Assembly (NCBI GenBank): GCA_964353225.1
Contig: CAYGVA010000001.1
Location: 1-61,009, forward strand
Source: an uncultured Leptolyngbya sp.
GTDB taxonomy: Bacteria; Cyanobacteriota; Cyanobacteriia; Phormidesmidales; Phormidesmidaceae
DNA length: 61,009 nt
Reading direction: 5' to 3'
Shown here: positions 40,675-51,148 of the stretch, one piece after another
How positions within the stretch are numbered: the first letter of the stretch is position 1
Layout of the letters: every line of letters starts with the position of its first letter
Notes under the pieces: generated by a model
Database searches by the model: none
What the model was told of the DNA's origin: nothing
Seen by the model: only the letters and a program-made list of their open reading frames with translations
Translations under genes and position numbers: made by a program

Positions 40675-41586
40675 ATGAATATTGTGACCCTGCTCCCCAG
40701 CGCCACCGAAATGGCTTGTGCCCTTGGTCTCGAAGGATCACTGGTGGCGGTGAGCCATGAATGTGACTTTCCCCCCGAGGTGACTACGTTACCCAAAATC
40801 ACCAGCAGCATTATTCCCCACAATGTCTCTGCCAAGCAAATTGATCAGGCGGTGGCCGAAGCGATTCGCCGAGGGGAGGCGCTCTATCAGATCGATGGGG
40901 ATTTACTTCAAGCCCTCAATCCGGATCTGATCATCACCCAGGGGCTCTGTGATGTCTGTGCAGTCAATGCCGGGACGGTGCAAGCCACGATGATGTTCTT
41001 ACCTGATGTTGTGGCTGAGACTGTGCAGGTGCTGTCATTATCGGCTCAGAATTTTGCCGGGATTTTAGCTGATATGGACCAAGTCGCCCAGGCGACGGAC
41101 TCGACAGCAGCAGCAGCCCAACTGCGGGAAACCTTGCAGCACCGTTGGCAACGACTCCAAACCACGCAGCCGGCAACCAAACCCAGGGTGCTGATGCTGG
41201 AATGGCCAGAACCGTTCTTTTATGGGGGGCATTGGGTGCCGGAAATGGTGGCCGTGGCGGGGGGTATTGATGTGCTCGGCCAAGTGGGGCAAGATTCGGG
41301 CCGCTGCACCCTGTCGGATATCCAATCCCAGGATCCCGACATCATTATTTCAATGGCTTGCGGGTATGGACTCACGGGGAATATCGACTTTGCTAACCAA
41401 CTGGCTGCCAACCCTGAGTTCAGTTCATTGCGGGCGGTCCAAACCCATCAGCTCTGGGCGATGGATGCCAACAGTTATTGCAGTCGCCCCGCCCCCAGAA
41501 TTGTCGATGGGGCCGAAAAGCTCCAGTTGATTTTCAACCAGGGCGGGCAAGGGGTGGCTGGGATTGAACGGATCCGAGTGGATTAG
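40675..41586 (+). CDS. Cobalamin/siderophore-binding-like (BtuF-type) protein
   Basis: 'IVTLLPSATEM..ALG..LVAVSHECDFP', 'PDLIITQGLCDVCAV', 'GGHWVPEMV..AGG', 'SRPAPRIVDG'. Confidence 0.85.
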   Translation: MNIVTLLPSATEMACALGLEGSLVAVSHECDFPPEVTTLPKITSSIIPHNVSAKQIDQAVAEAIRRGEALYQIDGDLLQALNPDLIITQGLCDVCAVNAGTVQATMMFLPDVVAETVQVLSLSAQNFAGILADMDQVAQATDSTAAAAQLRETLQHRWQRLQTTQPATKPRVLMLEWPEPFFYGGHWVPEMVAVAGGIDVLGQVGQDSGRCTLSDIQSQDPDIIISMACGYGLTGNIDFANQLAANPEFSSLRAVQTHQLWAMDANSYCSRPAPRIVDGAEKLQLIFNQGGQGVAGIERIRVD

Positions 41587-41672
41587 TCTCCCTAATCCCA
41601 TGGCTGTCCCATTCCTAAAGCGCTCCTATGCGTAGATCTGACGCCGTTGAATTAGAGCCTTTGTAATATGTG

Positions 41673-41716
41673 CCATAAAAAAACCGCCCCAAACTAAGGA
41701 GGCGGTTTTTTTATGG
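41673..41716. terminator. Bidirectional rho-independent terminator between convergent btuF-like gene and petE
   Basis: CCATAAAAAAACCGCC...GGCGGTTTTTTTATGG with A- and T-tracts on either side. Confidence 0.9.
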
Positions 41717-41747
41717 GGATTAATCCCCTATCAAGCCTTCGTCAGAT

Positions 41748-42164
41748 CTACTCAACGGTGATCGTACCGACCATGCCAGCGCCACGGTGGGGGGCGCAGA
41801 AGTAGGTGTAGGTACCAGCAGGCATATCTGCGGTGAAGGTGGTGGAGTAGGACTCACCAGGGGAGAAGGTGAGTTGGTCATGGGCAAGCTTGGCGGCTAA
41901 AGCCTTATCACCACCAGGAATCGTCGCGTCATCAAAAATGACATTATGGGGGGCCATTTTGTTGTTAACCCAAGTGACGGTATCCCCAGCCGTAACAGAA
42001 ATCTTGGCCGGTTCAAATACCAATAGACCTGAATCAGAGCCCATCTTCACTTCATAGTCGGTTGCAAAAGCAGGGGAAGCTGCTAAGACCACAGTGCCAA
42101 TGACCATTGCAAAGGCCAGACATACAACAGTCAGACTACGAAGCGCACGTGCAATATTTTTCAT
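41748..42164 (-). CDS. petE: Plastocyanin precursor
   Basis: Signal peptide (AFA-T), [14 protein letters not shown], Cu ligands PHN and CAPHRGAGM; ATG 42164. Confidence 0.98.
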   Translation of the reverse strand: MKNIARALRSLTVVCLAFAMVIGTVVLAASPAFATDYEVKMGSDSGLLVFEPAKISVTAGDTVTWVNNKMAPHNVIFDDATIPGGDKALAAKLAHDQLTFSPGESYSTTFTADMPAGTYTYFCAPHRGAGMVGTITVE

Positions 42165-42444
42165 TTTTACCTCTAACGTGGTTAAGTTAATTGCCCACAA
42201 CAGCAGGATTTTTCGGGGCGAAAGCAACTTATCTTAAAGATTACAGCAAGACTTGGTGCTGTTTCTAGGAAACTGCTGAGGCTATAGCCAGGTAAAGCCC
42301 TTCTCTTAGGCTGAAAGCTTTAGGAAATTGCCTTAAAGATGGGGCTTGCGGACAAATAAAATCATGGTCATCATGCCGACTTGTCGCAAGTAGGGGTTGG
42401 ACAGTGCCAAACCCCGACTTGCTGCGCTATTTGCTAGCAAAGCC

Positions 42445-42960
42445 CTAGGCGTTGCCAAGACCGGGAGCAGAAACCTTACTCTTACCGCCGCCCCATAGGG
42501 GACCCATAATTTTAGGCTGGATCAAGATATGACCCGAAAGCGAGACGAGATCTTCATCTGTTAGCCCCCGCATTAGGGGATAGATATCGCTGCTTTTCAT
42601 GCTGGGGTGTAGTGATGAAATATCGCTCAACCCGTCATAGGTCATGGGCTCTTTTAAATAAGCAACCAATGCTTCAATGTTGTCCCGAGGAGGCAGGGCA
42701 CCGGCTAGGCTTTCTGAATCCAGACCAACTGTGGGGTTGGTTTTGGTAATGCCGCTATTGTGGCAAATGGCACAGCTATTGTTGAACTTTTTGCGACCCC
42801 GAGCTACTTGGTCCAATGACAGCACAAAGGTATCACCCTGAGCATTTAAAGGCACAGTTCGAGTTGCTTCATCAAGTTCCGCTGCGATCGCTGGTCCTGC
42901 CACCCATTGGCTAAAGACCAATACGGCAACCGCGACTAGCCAAAGGCACTTTCTAAACAT
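42445..42960 (-). CDS. psbV: Photosystem II cytochrome c550
   Basis: Signal peptide, 'ELDEATRTVPLN', heme motif CAICH, 'GITKTNP', 'PPRDNIEALV', axial His in 'LHPS', WGGGK; AGGAG RBS before ATG 42960. Confidence 0.93.
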   Translation of the reverse strand: MFRKCLWLVAVAVLVFSQWVAGPAIAAELDEATRTVPLNAQGDTFVLSLDQVARGRKKFNNSCAICHNSGITKTNPTVGLDSESLAGALPPRDNIEALVAYLKEPMTYDGLSDISSLHPSMKSSDIYPLMRGLTDEDLVSLSGHILIQPKIMGPLWGGGKSKVSAPGLGNA

Positions 42961-43343
42961 GGTTCTCCTCAAGATTTTGATAGGTGATCTATCACGCAAC
43001 ACAGCAGGCTCAACATCCAAGGTGATTTGCACTGAGGGCCATCTTAGATGGGGTCCGTCCTCAACAAATGAGTCGTTCTCCCCCCTCCCAAAGAATGAAT
43101 CCCATCCCTCCTAGCACAAGGTTTACTGTGAAAATTGAGTTCCTAGTAATGAATATCATGCCACCGAATGGCCCTATTCCCAAGGCTAAGAGCAGGGTTT
43201 TAGACCCAATGGCAGCCAACGGGTCTAGCTGCTGGCCTGAGAGGGATTCCCCTGGGAACGACCGTGCTCTAGTTACAGACCAAGGATTTGCCTTGGTCTA
43301 TACCGCAAAATCAACTGGGCGACAGCGGCCGGGGCGGTTGGGG

Positions 43344-44225
43344 CTAAGCTACGGTTGCGAGGGTCGGGGCGGGCTGGTGGAGGCGAATCAATTGGGCCAG
43401 GGTTGATTTCAATTGGGTCCGGGGGACAATCGCATCGACGAACCCATGGTTAAGTAAATATTCTGCTGTTTGAAAGTCATCGGGTAGTTTTTCCCGCAGG
43501 GTTTGCTCAACCACGCGACGCCCTGCAAAGGCGATGGTGGCCTTGGGTTCAGCCAAGATAATGTCCCCCAGCATGGCAAAACTGGCGGTCACCCCGCCGG
43601 TGGTGGGGTGGGAAAGGACAGGGATATAGAGCAGACGTGCCTCACGGTGGCGTTCTAAGGCTCCGGAGATTTTGGCCATTTGCATCAGGCTCAACATGCC
43701 TTCCTGCATACGGGCTCCCCCTGAGGCACAGACAATGATGACTGGGGCCTGGGCGGCGGTGCCCTGTTCGATTAGGCGGGTGAGTTTTTCGCCTACCACC
43801 GAACCCATGCTTCCCCCCATAAACCGGAAATCCATGACGCCCAATGCCACGGGTAATTTGTCGAGGTGGCCCATGCCCGTTTGGACGGCATCTTGCAAAT
43901 GGGTTTTGGCTTGGGTATCGCGAATGCGATCGCTATAGGCCTTGCGATCTCGAAATTTGAGGGGATCCTCAGGGGTGAGCTCGGCATTAATGGGGACCCA
44001 GGTCTCCGGATCAATCAGTTGCTGAATGCGCTCGTCGCTGAAGACCCGGTGGTGGTGACCGCATTCTATACATACCCGCTGATTAGCCTTGAGATCCTTG
44101 GTGTAGGACATCACGGCACAGGCTTCACATTTGGTCCAAAGCCCATCTGCGATGTCACGTTCACGGCCATCTGGCTGGACCGGATCAGCTTTACGACGAT
44201 TAGCAAACCAATCAAACAGAGACAT
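43344..44225 (-). CDS. accD: Acetyl-CoA carboxylase carboxyltransferase beta subunit
   Basis: Zn finger [47 protein letters not shown]. Confidence 0.99.
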   Translation of the reverse strand: MSLFDWFANRRKADPVQPDGRERDIADGLWTKCEACAVMSYTKDLKANQRVCIECGHHHRVFSDERIQQLIDPETWVPINAELTPEDPLKFRDRKAYSDRIRDTQAKTHLQDAVQTGMGHLDKLPVALGVMDFRFMGGSMGSVVGEKLTRLIEQGTAAQAPVIIVCASGGARMQEGMLSLMQMAKISGALERHREARLLYIPVLSHPTTGGVTASFAMLGDIILAEPKATIAFAGRRVVEQTLREKLPDDFQTAEYLLNHGFVDAIVPRTQLKSTLAQLIRLHQPAPTLATVA

Positions 44226-44617
44226 GGGCCTAGGGACTCAGAGGGGCAATTATGGCGATAGATCGGGATCATGACGCGCAACACCACGTCACCTCTATGC
44301 GCTGAACTTATCCTATCGGGTTTGGTCATTTCCATGGAACAGTCAACCCTGCGACTGACCTGGCTGTGTCGGATTGCTGAGGCCGCCTAATCGCCCTATG
44401 GGGCATGGCTAGGGACAACAGCGGTCAGGGGTGACTCCCCTAGCTGTGGTCAAGGGTTTCCGTGGTAAGTATTGAGGGGTTCAAGGGCAAGGTAGCGTGA
44501 TGGAAAAACTTGGATCACGCCAGGGACAGGGGCTTTAAAGTCACCGGGCTGATCGATGTTAAAGGCGTCACGGTTGCTGAGCTTTACAGACCAATAATTT
44601 GGGATGTACGTGTGTAG

Positions 44618-45622
44618 ATGGTCGATAGCAGGGTTCAGTTAGGTGCCTCCTCTGAGTATCGAGCGATTGCAGATGACACCTTAAAAGATCAGGATAATGG
44701 CCTGTGGCTGTCTTGTTTTTCAGCCGATACCCAGTCGCTCTGGCGGCAGCGGTTTGGCTGGTTGCGTCGATTAGATCGTTTGGCCGAACAGGATCAATTA
44801 ATTTGTCCAGGGGGGTGTCAGTTTTCGGCTTTCCACCAAGCCTGGCAACAGATCTGGCAGGCCCAACACCGGCTACCAGTTTGCGACGAATGGGCCATCT
44901 TAGATGAGATTTGTCGCTGTTGGCTATCCCCCGAAGCCGAGGGCAGTCACCAGGGCGAGCTTCAAGGGTGGAATCGTTATGTCGAGGCAATGGTGGACTA
45001 TCACCAGCCGGGTCTCAGGTTAACCACCCTCCACGATTACGACATGATGCTGGACCGTTTGGCAGGCTCCTGTTTTCAATTTTTGCCGGAGCTCCATGCC
45101 GACGATCGAAATATTGCCCGATATTTTGGCATGCTGGATCAGTGCTACAACAACCTACGGGACTTGTACGAAGATGCTTGCCAAGGGGTCTGTTATTTCC
45201 CCCGAGAGCTGCTGCTCCGATTTCAGGTGACCCTTGAAGAGATTTTGGATTTTACCTGTTTCGACAACCCTGGCTATTATCGGCTGATGGAGTTTTGGCT
45301 GTTTGACTATCTGCCCCGTTTGCAGCATCGGGCCTTACGTTTAGTCGTCTCAGATCGTTTGCCTCGCACTTGGCGGTATTTACTGGCCTGGTTTATTCAT
45401 CGTTATCGGCGAATTGAGCGGGTGATGGTCGCCTGCGATTACAACTTTGTGGCGTTTGTATCCGTTTACTGGGATGTGGTGCAGCAAGATTTACAGCAGT
45501 ATGGGGGCAACCCTTGTGATTCCCTTGGGCACCGTCTCACCCAGCAATATGAGTTAGTTCGGTCCCTTGCCTTGGCGGGGCAATCTCCTTTTCTCCCGAC
45601 GGCACCCTCACTTTTGTTTTGA
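44618..45622 (+). CDS. Squalene/phytoene synthase-fold protein, divergent
   Basis: 'MLDRLAGS' and 'QCYNNLRDLYEDACQGVCYFP' resemble the second Asp-rich region (QLTNILRDVGED..GRVYLP). Confidence 0.75.
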   Translation: MVDSRVQLGASSEYRAIADDTLKDQDNGLWLSCFSADTQSLWRQRFGWLRRLDRLAEQDQLICPGGCQFSAFHQAWQQIWQAQHRLPVCDEWAILDEICRCWLSPEAEGSHQGELQGWNRYVEAMVDYHQPGLRLTTLHDYDMMLDRLAGSCFQFLPELHADDRNIARYFGMLDQCYNNLRDLYEDACQGVCYFPRELLLRFQVTLEEILDFTCFDNPGYYRLMEFWLFDYLPRLQHRALRLVVSDRLPRTWRYLLAWFIHRYRRIERVMVACDYNFVAFVSVYWDVVQQDLQQYGGNPCDSLGHRLTQQYELVRSLALAGQSPFLPTAPSLLF

Positions 45623-45736
45623 AGGATGTCCGACAAACCGCACAGCGTTGCTGCCATTCCAGGCGCAATTGAGGTGCATTCGGAGCCATGACAGGGGGGT
45701 CGAGTAGGATATGGAGGTACCCTTGTTGCCATCGCC

Positions 45737-46585
45737 ATGCCTGAGCTGCCCCAGTCCTCAATGCGCCAAAGCCAGTTGTGCGATCGCTTAGTGATTGATG
45801 TCGAAACGACCGAAACCCTTGGCCAGGTCTCGCAATTACTGGTGGACCTCAAAAACCATCAAATCGAAGGATTGATCTGTAAGTCAGGCTTTCTCGGCAC
45901 GGAGAAAATCCCCGTGCCCTGGGTCCAACTGGAATCTATTGGTGGTGACAGCATCATTGTGCGCCAGGGGCGCGAAGGCATTTCCCAGCGATTTGACGAG
46001 GCGTTGCCTCTGGGGGGGCAAGAACTCTGGACAGATGGGGGCGATCGCGTTGGTCAGTTGGTTGATTATTGCTTTGACGCCACCACAGGGGCGATTATTC
46101 AGTACCTGTTTACGGCCCCAGGTTGGCAGGGGTTAACCGCTGGTGTGTACAGCTTCGAGCCCGAGGCTGTGGTGAGTGCCGGACGCAAGCGGCTCATGGT
46201 GCGCCATGCAGCCCTCGAACATGCCCCCCAATATGAGCCTGGCTTGCCGGATCGCGCCGCAGAGGTGCTCCAACAGGATGTGAACCAAACCCGCCAGGAC
46301 GTGCAGGCGGCGGTGCAAAAGACCCAGGCGGCGGCGGAACAGGCCCAGGTTCAAGCCAAGAAAATTGCTGGTAAGGCCCGCTCCCAGTGGGGCCAGGTGT
46401 TTGGCCAAGTCAAGCGCCAAACCAAGCAAATTCGAACCCAAATTAACGATCGCGCTGCTGACTTAGCTGCCCGTGTCCAGACCGAATCAGCCGATGACAC
46501 TCGCATTCCCGGTGCCACCATTGATGTCGATTCGGTGGAAGTGTGGCCTGAGGATGGGGAACAGCAGGAGCAGAAGCAGGAGTAA
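45737..46585 (+). CDS. PRC-barrel domain protein
   Basis: Two PRC-like repeats (ETLGQVSQLLVD; GDRVGQLVDYCFD..TG.I) and a helical C-terminal tail. Confidence 0.85.
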   Translation: MPELPQSSMRQSQLCDRLVIDVETTETLGQVSQLLVDLKNHQIEGLICKSGFLGTEKIPVPWVQLESIGGDSIIVRQGREGISQRFDEALPLGGQELWTDGGDRVGQLVDYCFDATTGAIIQYLFTAPGWQGLTAGVYSFEPEAVVSAGRKRLMVRHAALEHAPQYEPGLPDRAAEVLQQDVNQTRQDVQAAVQKTQAAAEQAQVQAKKIAGKARSQWGQVFGQVKRQTKQIRTQINDRAADLAARVQTESADDTRIPGATIDVDSVEVWPEDGEQQEQKQE

Positions 46586-46751
46586 TGGGTGCGGTTTGCA
46601 TTGTGAATCGGGTTTAGACGTCGGGGAGCGGTAGCCTTGCCCGCTCCCCTGTTGAATGGCAGCGGGCGTCAGGTGAGGCTCGGGCAGCTTCCATGGCCGG
46701 ATCGATTTACCATGATTGAAGCAGACAAGTTGATTTAATTGCATCTGAGGT

Positions 46752-47519
46752 ATGGCAGGTCATAGTAAATGGGCCAACATCAAGCGTCAAAAGGCGCGGG
46801 TGGATGCGGTCAAGGGCAAGGTGTTTGCCAAGGTGTCGCGGGCGATAATTGTAGCCGCACGCACGGGTGGGGCCGACCCGGCAGGTAATTTTCAGCTTCG
46901 CACGGCGATTGATAAGGCGAAGGCGGCGGGGGTACCCAATGACAACATCGATCGGGCGATCGCTAAGGGAACAGGCCAATTAGACGATGGCAATCGCCTA
47001 GAGGCGATTCGCTATGAGGGCTATGGCCCCGGTGGGGTCGCCGTCTTGATCGAAGCCCTGACCGACAACCGCAACCGCACCGCTGCCGACCTCCGGGCGG
47101 CCTTCAGCAAAAATGGTGGCAATCTTGGGGAAACCGGCTGTGTGGGGTGGATGTTTGAGCTGAAAGGGGTGGTCGCGGTGGCGGCACCGTTGGATGAAGA
47201 GGCCCTGTTAGAAGCGGCCTTGGAAGGGGGCGCAGAATCCTATGCGCTGACCCAGATCGATGAGGATCTAGACGGGGCAGAGGTGTTTTGCGATCCCAAT
47301 GGCCTCGAAACCCTCAGTGACGGACTCGATGCGCAGAATTATCGGCTCTATCAGGTTGAAACGCGATGGATTCCTAGCAACACTATAGAAGTGGTCGATC
47401 CCAGTCAGGGGCGATCGCTACTCAAAATGATCGATGCCCTAGAGGATCTCGACGACGTGCAGTCGGTGACCACCAACTTTGAAATGGCGGAGGAGCTGAT
47501 GGCGTCCAGCCTAGCCTGA
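46752..47519 (+). CDS. yebC: YebC/PmpR family protein
   Basis: MAGHSKWANIKRQK, YEGYGPGGVA, LTDNRNRT, LEDLDDVQSV. Confidence 0.98.
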   Translation: MAGHSKWANIKRQKARVDAVKGKVFAKVSRAIIVAARTGGADPAGNFQLRTAIDKAKAAGVPNDNIDRAIAKGTGQLDDGNRLEAIRYEGYGPGGVAVLIEALTDNRNRTAADLRAAFSKNGGNLGETGCVGWMFELKGVVAVAAPLDEEALLEAALEGGAESYALTQIDEDLDGAEVFCDPNGLETLSDGLDAQNYRLYQVETRWIPSNTIEVVDPSQGRSLLKMIDALEDLDDVQSVTTNFEMAEELMASSLA

Positions 47520-47592
47520 GATTGCAGTTCTCCTCTATGCCCCTGGGTTGGCATAAGACCTGCCCAGCATCCAAACTCATCACGTTCCTGCT

Positions 47593-48834
47593 ATGACCCT
47601 GTTGCAAACCCGACCCAGCCCCCAGGCAGATCAGAACCCATCGGTTCGTCATTACGATTTGGTGATTGTCGGGGGTGGCATTGTCGGTCTGACCTTGGCC
47701 AGTGCTTTGCGGCATTCTGGGTTGGCGATCGCCATCGTCGAGACCCAAACTCCAGCGCAATCCGCCAGTCGCCCCCGTGCCTACGCCTTTTCCCCCGTGT
47801 CTCGGGAGATTTTTCAGCAACTGGGGCTGTGGGGGCAAGTCGGACCTGGGGTGACCCATTTTCAGCAGGTACGACTCACCGATGGGGATTGGCCATTGGG
47901 CATTGATTTCCGGCCCCAAGACCTGGGAGATGAACCGGTCTACTATGCTGCCGAGCATCAGGTCCTCATGGCAGCCTTGCAAACCAGCCTGCAAGGGGTT
48001 AGCAGCCTCGATTACCTGGCTCCCGCTAGATTACAGCAGGTGCGTTACGGTGAGACCCAGGTCTACTGCGACATTGAGCAAGGGGAACAAACCTGGACCT
48101 GCACCACCGATTTGCTGGTGGCTGCCGATGGTGGCCGATCGCCCCTACGGCACCAAGCGGAGATCGGCACCCTGGGATGGCAATATTGGCAGTCTTGCAT
48201 CACCACTGTGGTAGCCCCCCAATACCCTCACCAGAACATTGCCTACGAGAAATTTTGGCCCAGCGGTCCCTTTGCAATTTTGCCCCTGCCCAATGGTCAC
48301 TGCCAAATTGTCTGGACCGCCCCCAATGCTGAAGCCCAAGCCCTGATGGCGCTGCCCCGAGCCGAGTTTATTCAAGCCCTGGAATTGCGCTACGGGGATC
48401 AAATGGGTCACCTCGAAATGTTGAAGGAGCCCCTGCTGTTTCCGGTGCGGCTGATGCAGAGTCGTCAATATGTGAAGCCCCGCTTAGCCCTGATTGGGGA
48501 TGCGGCCCATAGTTGCCATCCGGTAGGGGGGCAGGGGCTCAATATGGGCATCCGAGATGCGGCGGCATTGGCGGAGGTCCTGCTTAGGGCTCAGGACGAG
48601 AAAAAAGATTTAGGGGATTGGGCCGTGCTGCGCCGCTACCAACGTTGGCGGCGATGGGAAAACGGCGTGGTTCTCTCCATGACCGACATCTTAAATCGGT
48701 GTTTCTCTAATCATTGGTGGCCGTTGGTGGTCGTCCGTCGCCTAGGGATCCTGATGCTGCAGCGGCTAACCCCATTGCGCTGGTTAGCGCTGCAACTGAT
48801 GACGGGCCGGTTTGGGCGTCGTCCCAGCCTTTGA
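47593..48834 (+). CDS. FAD-dependent hydroxylase, UbiH/Coq6 family
   Basis: IVGGGIVG, LLVAADG, GPFAILPL, LIGDAAHSCHPVGGQGLNMGIRD. Confidence 0.93.
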   Translation: MTLLQTRPSPQADQNPSVRHYDLVIVGGGIVGLTLASALRHSGLAIAIVETQTPAQSASRPRAYAFSPVSREIFQQLGLWGQVGPGVTHFQQVRLTDGDWPLGIDFRPQDLGDEPVYYAAEHQVLMAALQTSLQGVSSLDYLAPARLQQVRYGETQVYCDIEQGEQTWTCTTDLLVAADGGRSPLRHQAEIGTLGWQYWQSCITTVVAPQYPHQNIAYEKFWPSGPFAILPLPNGHCQIVWTAPNAEAQALMALPRAEFIQALELRYGDQMGHLEMLKEPLLFPVRLMQSRQYVKPRLALIGDAAHSCHPVGGQGLNMGIRDAAALAEVLLRAQDEKKDLGDWAVLRRYQRWRRWENGVVLSMTDILNRCFSNHWWPLVVVRRLGILMLQRLTPLRWLALQLMTGRFGRRPSL

Positions 48835-48854
48835 TCTGGGCTCGTATCACGCCT

Positions 48855-49967
48855 CTACCGAGGCACCACTTCCACCACTTGGTTCCAGCGCACATTAAAG
48901 CCAGGAAGCCAGCCCCGCAGGAAGTAGTAGACCGAGGTCAGCAACTCCTCCCAATAGCGCGTGGTGAGCCGGAGAGCGTCAACACTAGGGACCAAGTCGG
49001 AGAGCTTGGCTAGGGTGTCGCTGGTCACGCCATCACTGCCATAGAGATCGGTGGGCCAAGCCATCACATCCAATTGCCGTTCTTCGAAGGCAAGGGCTGT
49101 ACGGCGCATGGTCAGGGCCGGGGCGACGATCGCAATGCGATTCGCATCTCGGCGGGGTGTCCCCCCTGGGGTTTTGAGCTGGCGGTCTTCCAAGAATTCA
49201 TCTAACTCGCGAATGGTGCGATTCACATCCATGCCGCTATTACGCACCACAATGGCGCTGGCGGGAATGCCATTACGCGTTAAGGCATTGCGAACCACCT
49301 GTTCCTTGTCGGCTCGGTCTTCGGCACTGCCATAAATCGGCCCTGAGGTGGCAATTACAAAGGGATCGCTGCCATTTTGGCGCAAATTTTGATAGAGCAC
49401 AGCGGCGCTAATCAGCCGGGATTCTAGGTTTGGGGTCAAGCTGCTGCCCCGAGTGACCTGGCTTGAAAATTCGTTGAGAGAGGTGGTCACATCGATGTTG
49501 TCCCCCATCACCACCATGGTGACAACTCGATTCAAAGGAATAGACGTGGGGATATCCGTGGGGCAAACATCCTCGCAAATCTGTTTTTGGGCGTCATAGG
49601 CTTGCTGCACGGCGTTTTCTGCCTGTCCGACCAATCCCCTGGCCAACATCGGTACGCTAGAAACCAGCAAAATGGCGAGGGCGATCGCCACCTGCCTTCC
49701 CTTGACCTTTTCCATCCCATCGGTCAGGGAAAAAATCAACAGCAGTACCGAAGCCCCCAACGGATTGAGGGGAAGGGAAATAATCCGCCAAATGGTGCCA
49801 ATGGTTTGATCGTTGGGGTCGAGAAACGACAGCACGATCAGAGCCAAGATAATGGTCCCCCCAAACCAAGTCAAAAACTTGCGGGGAATAATTTTGAGCA
49901 GTAGATACCAGATGATTAGGCCAACAGCGGCCCAAACCAGGATGCGCGTGAGCAGAACTAACAGCAT
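48855..49967 (-). CDS. YdcF/DUF218-like membrane protein
   Basis: Several N-terminal TMs; 'RLISAAVLY', 'GIPASAI', 'AWPTD', 'PSVDALRLTTRYWEE...VYYFLRGW'. Confidence 0.75.
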   Translation of the reverse strand: MLLVLLTRILVWAAVGLIIWYLLLKIIPRKFLTWFGGTIILALIVLSFLDPNDQTIGTIWRIISLPLNPLGASVLLLIFSLTDGMEKVKGRQVAIALAILLVSSVPMLARGLVGQAENAVQQAYDAQKQICEDVCPTDIPTSIPLNRVVTMVVMGDNIDVTTSLNEFSSQVTRGSSLTPNLESRLISAAVLYQNLRQNGSDPFVIATSGPIYGSAEDRADKEQVVRNALTRNGIPASAIVVRNSGMDVNRTIRELDEFLEDRQLKTPGGTPRRDANRIAIVAPALTMRRTALAFEERQLDVMAWPTDLYGSDGVTSDTLAKLSDLVPSVDALRLTTRYWEELLTSVYYFLRGWLPGFNVRWNQVVEVVPR

Positions 49968-50214
49968 GGTGGCTTAAGGTGAGTAGCGCCCGCAGAGAAA
50001 TTCCAGCGGAAAATATGCGCAACAACTCCAGGAAATGTCCTACGGCCTTGATGGCCTCAGGAATGGGGTTCTTGTGGCATGGGATCGGCTCCTATGCCTC
50101 ACGAATGATACATTTGCTCAACCGTCATGGCACAGGGAATCCATCTAAATTTTCGAAAAAAGTAGAAATTCATCCTGGTCAACCGATCAGTCGCCCATGG
50201 GATTTGAGTGCTAG

Positions 50215-51045
50215 GGGGGTATTGAGGCCCGTTCAAAGGGGCCAGTCCTGGGGATCGGTAAGGGCAGATTAGGGTGCAAGGCACCTCTACAATCGGGTTC
50301 GATCAGCGGCATTTTTATCACTACATCAGATTTTTTGCGCGTCTCTGGCATTGCCGGGTCCGGGGCGAGTCTGCTGACAGATTTTGGCGCTCCGATCGTG
50401 ATTTCCCATGGGGGGCTCGGGTTTATTCCCTTTACGGTGGGGGATGCCTCTGTGAATGGGACGGCGGGGGCGATTGATAATGGCAGCGATCGCATCAATC
50501 CCATCCAAGAATTTTTCTTTGACCACCAAGCAGGCAATATTGGCTCTCCGGGACTCAATATGCCAAATCATCCTGAATAATCGAGAAATCAAGGGTTCCA
50601 AGCATTTTCGACCTGTCAAGATGTTCGCGACGAACATTCGCATAATGGGATCGGTAGAGCCGCAATATTTTGATCAGCAGCAGTTTTAACGACTGCTGTG
50701 TGGAATGCGGCCACCATGACGATGGCCCGCTGCCACCCGGCCATAACGATGTTTTAGAACTGGTGATTATCACCCCTAGTGGCGAACCCCAGCGCTTTAC
50801 CACCGGAGCGACCCGCGTACAGGTCCAACAGGCCGTACGGCAACTCCAGCGGGAACTTACAGGCCCAATCCCTACAACAGGCCCAGCTGGCAATGCTGCG
50901 GGGGGAGGCGAGCCAAAATCGAGCTCAGGGGACCCCGGAATGGGCAGGGGGAGCAGTGCCCCTCCCTCCAGCAGCGCTGACGGGTGAAAATCTAAGTCAT
51001 CCCTATTCCTGGGCCGCCTTTACCCTAGTGGGTAATCCGTGGTAG
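50215..51045 (+). pseudogene. Degraded TpsA (haemagglutinin-like)-CHAT gene remnant in at least three frames
   Basis: Fragment 1 'PIVISHGGLGFIPFTVGDASVNGTAGAI...QAGNI'; fragment 2 'DVLELVIITPSGEP...GATRVQVQQAVRQLQRELT'; fragment 3 'QSLQQAQLAMLRGE...LSHPYSWAAFTLVGNPW*'. Confidence 0.8.
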
Positions 51046-51148
51046 AAAAATCAGGCATTTTGCCGTGACGGTCGCAATGACCTATCCCCCAGGGGCACGG
51101 GGGCCGAGGCTGGTTGGGATTTAAGCCTGGAGTCATTCATCGAGCACC

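Noticed and set aside
43068-43406. 112-aa plus-strand ORF between psbV and accD
   Set aside because: Overlaps the accD 3' end and psbV promoter region; no protein-like features
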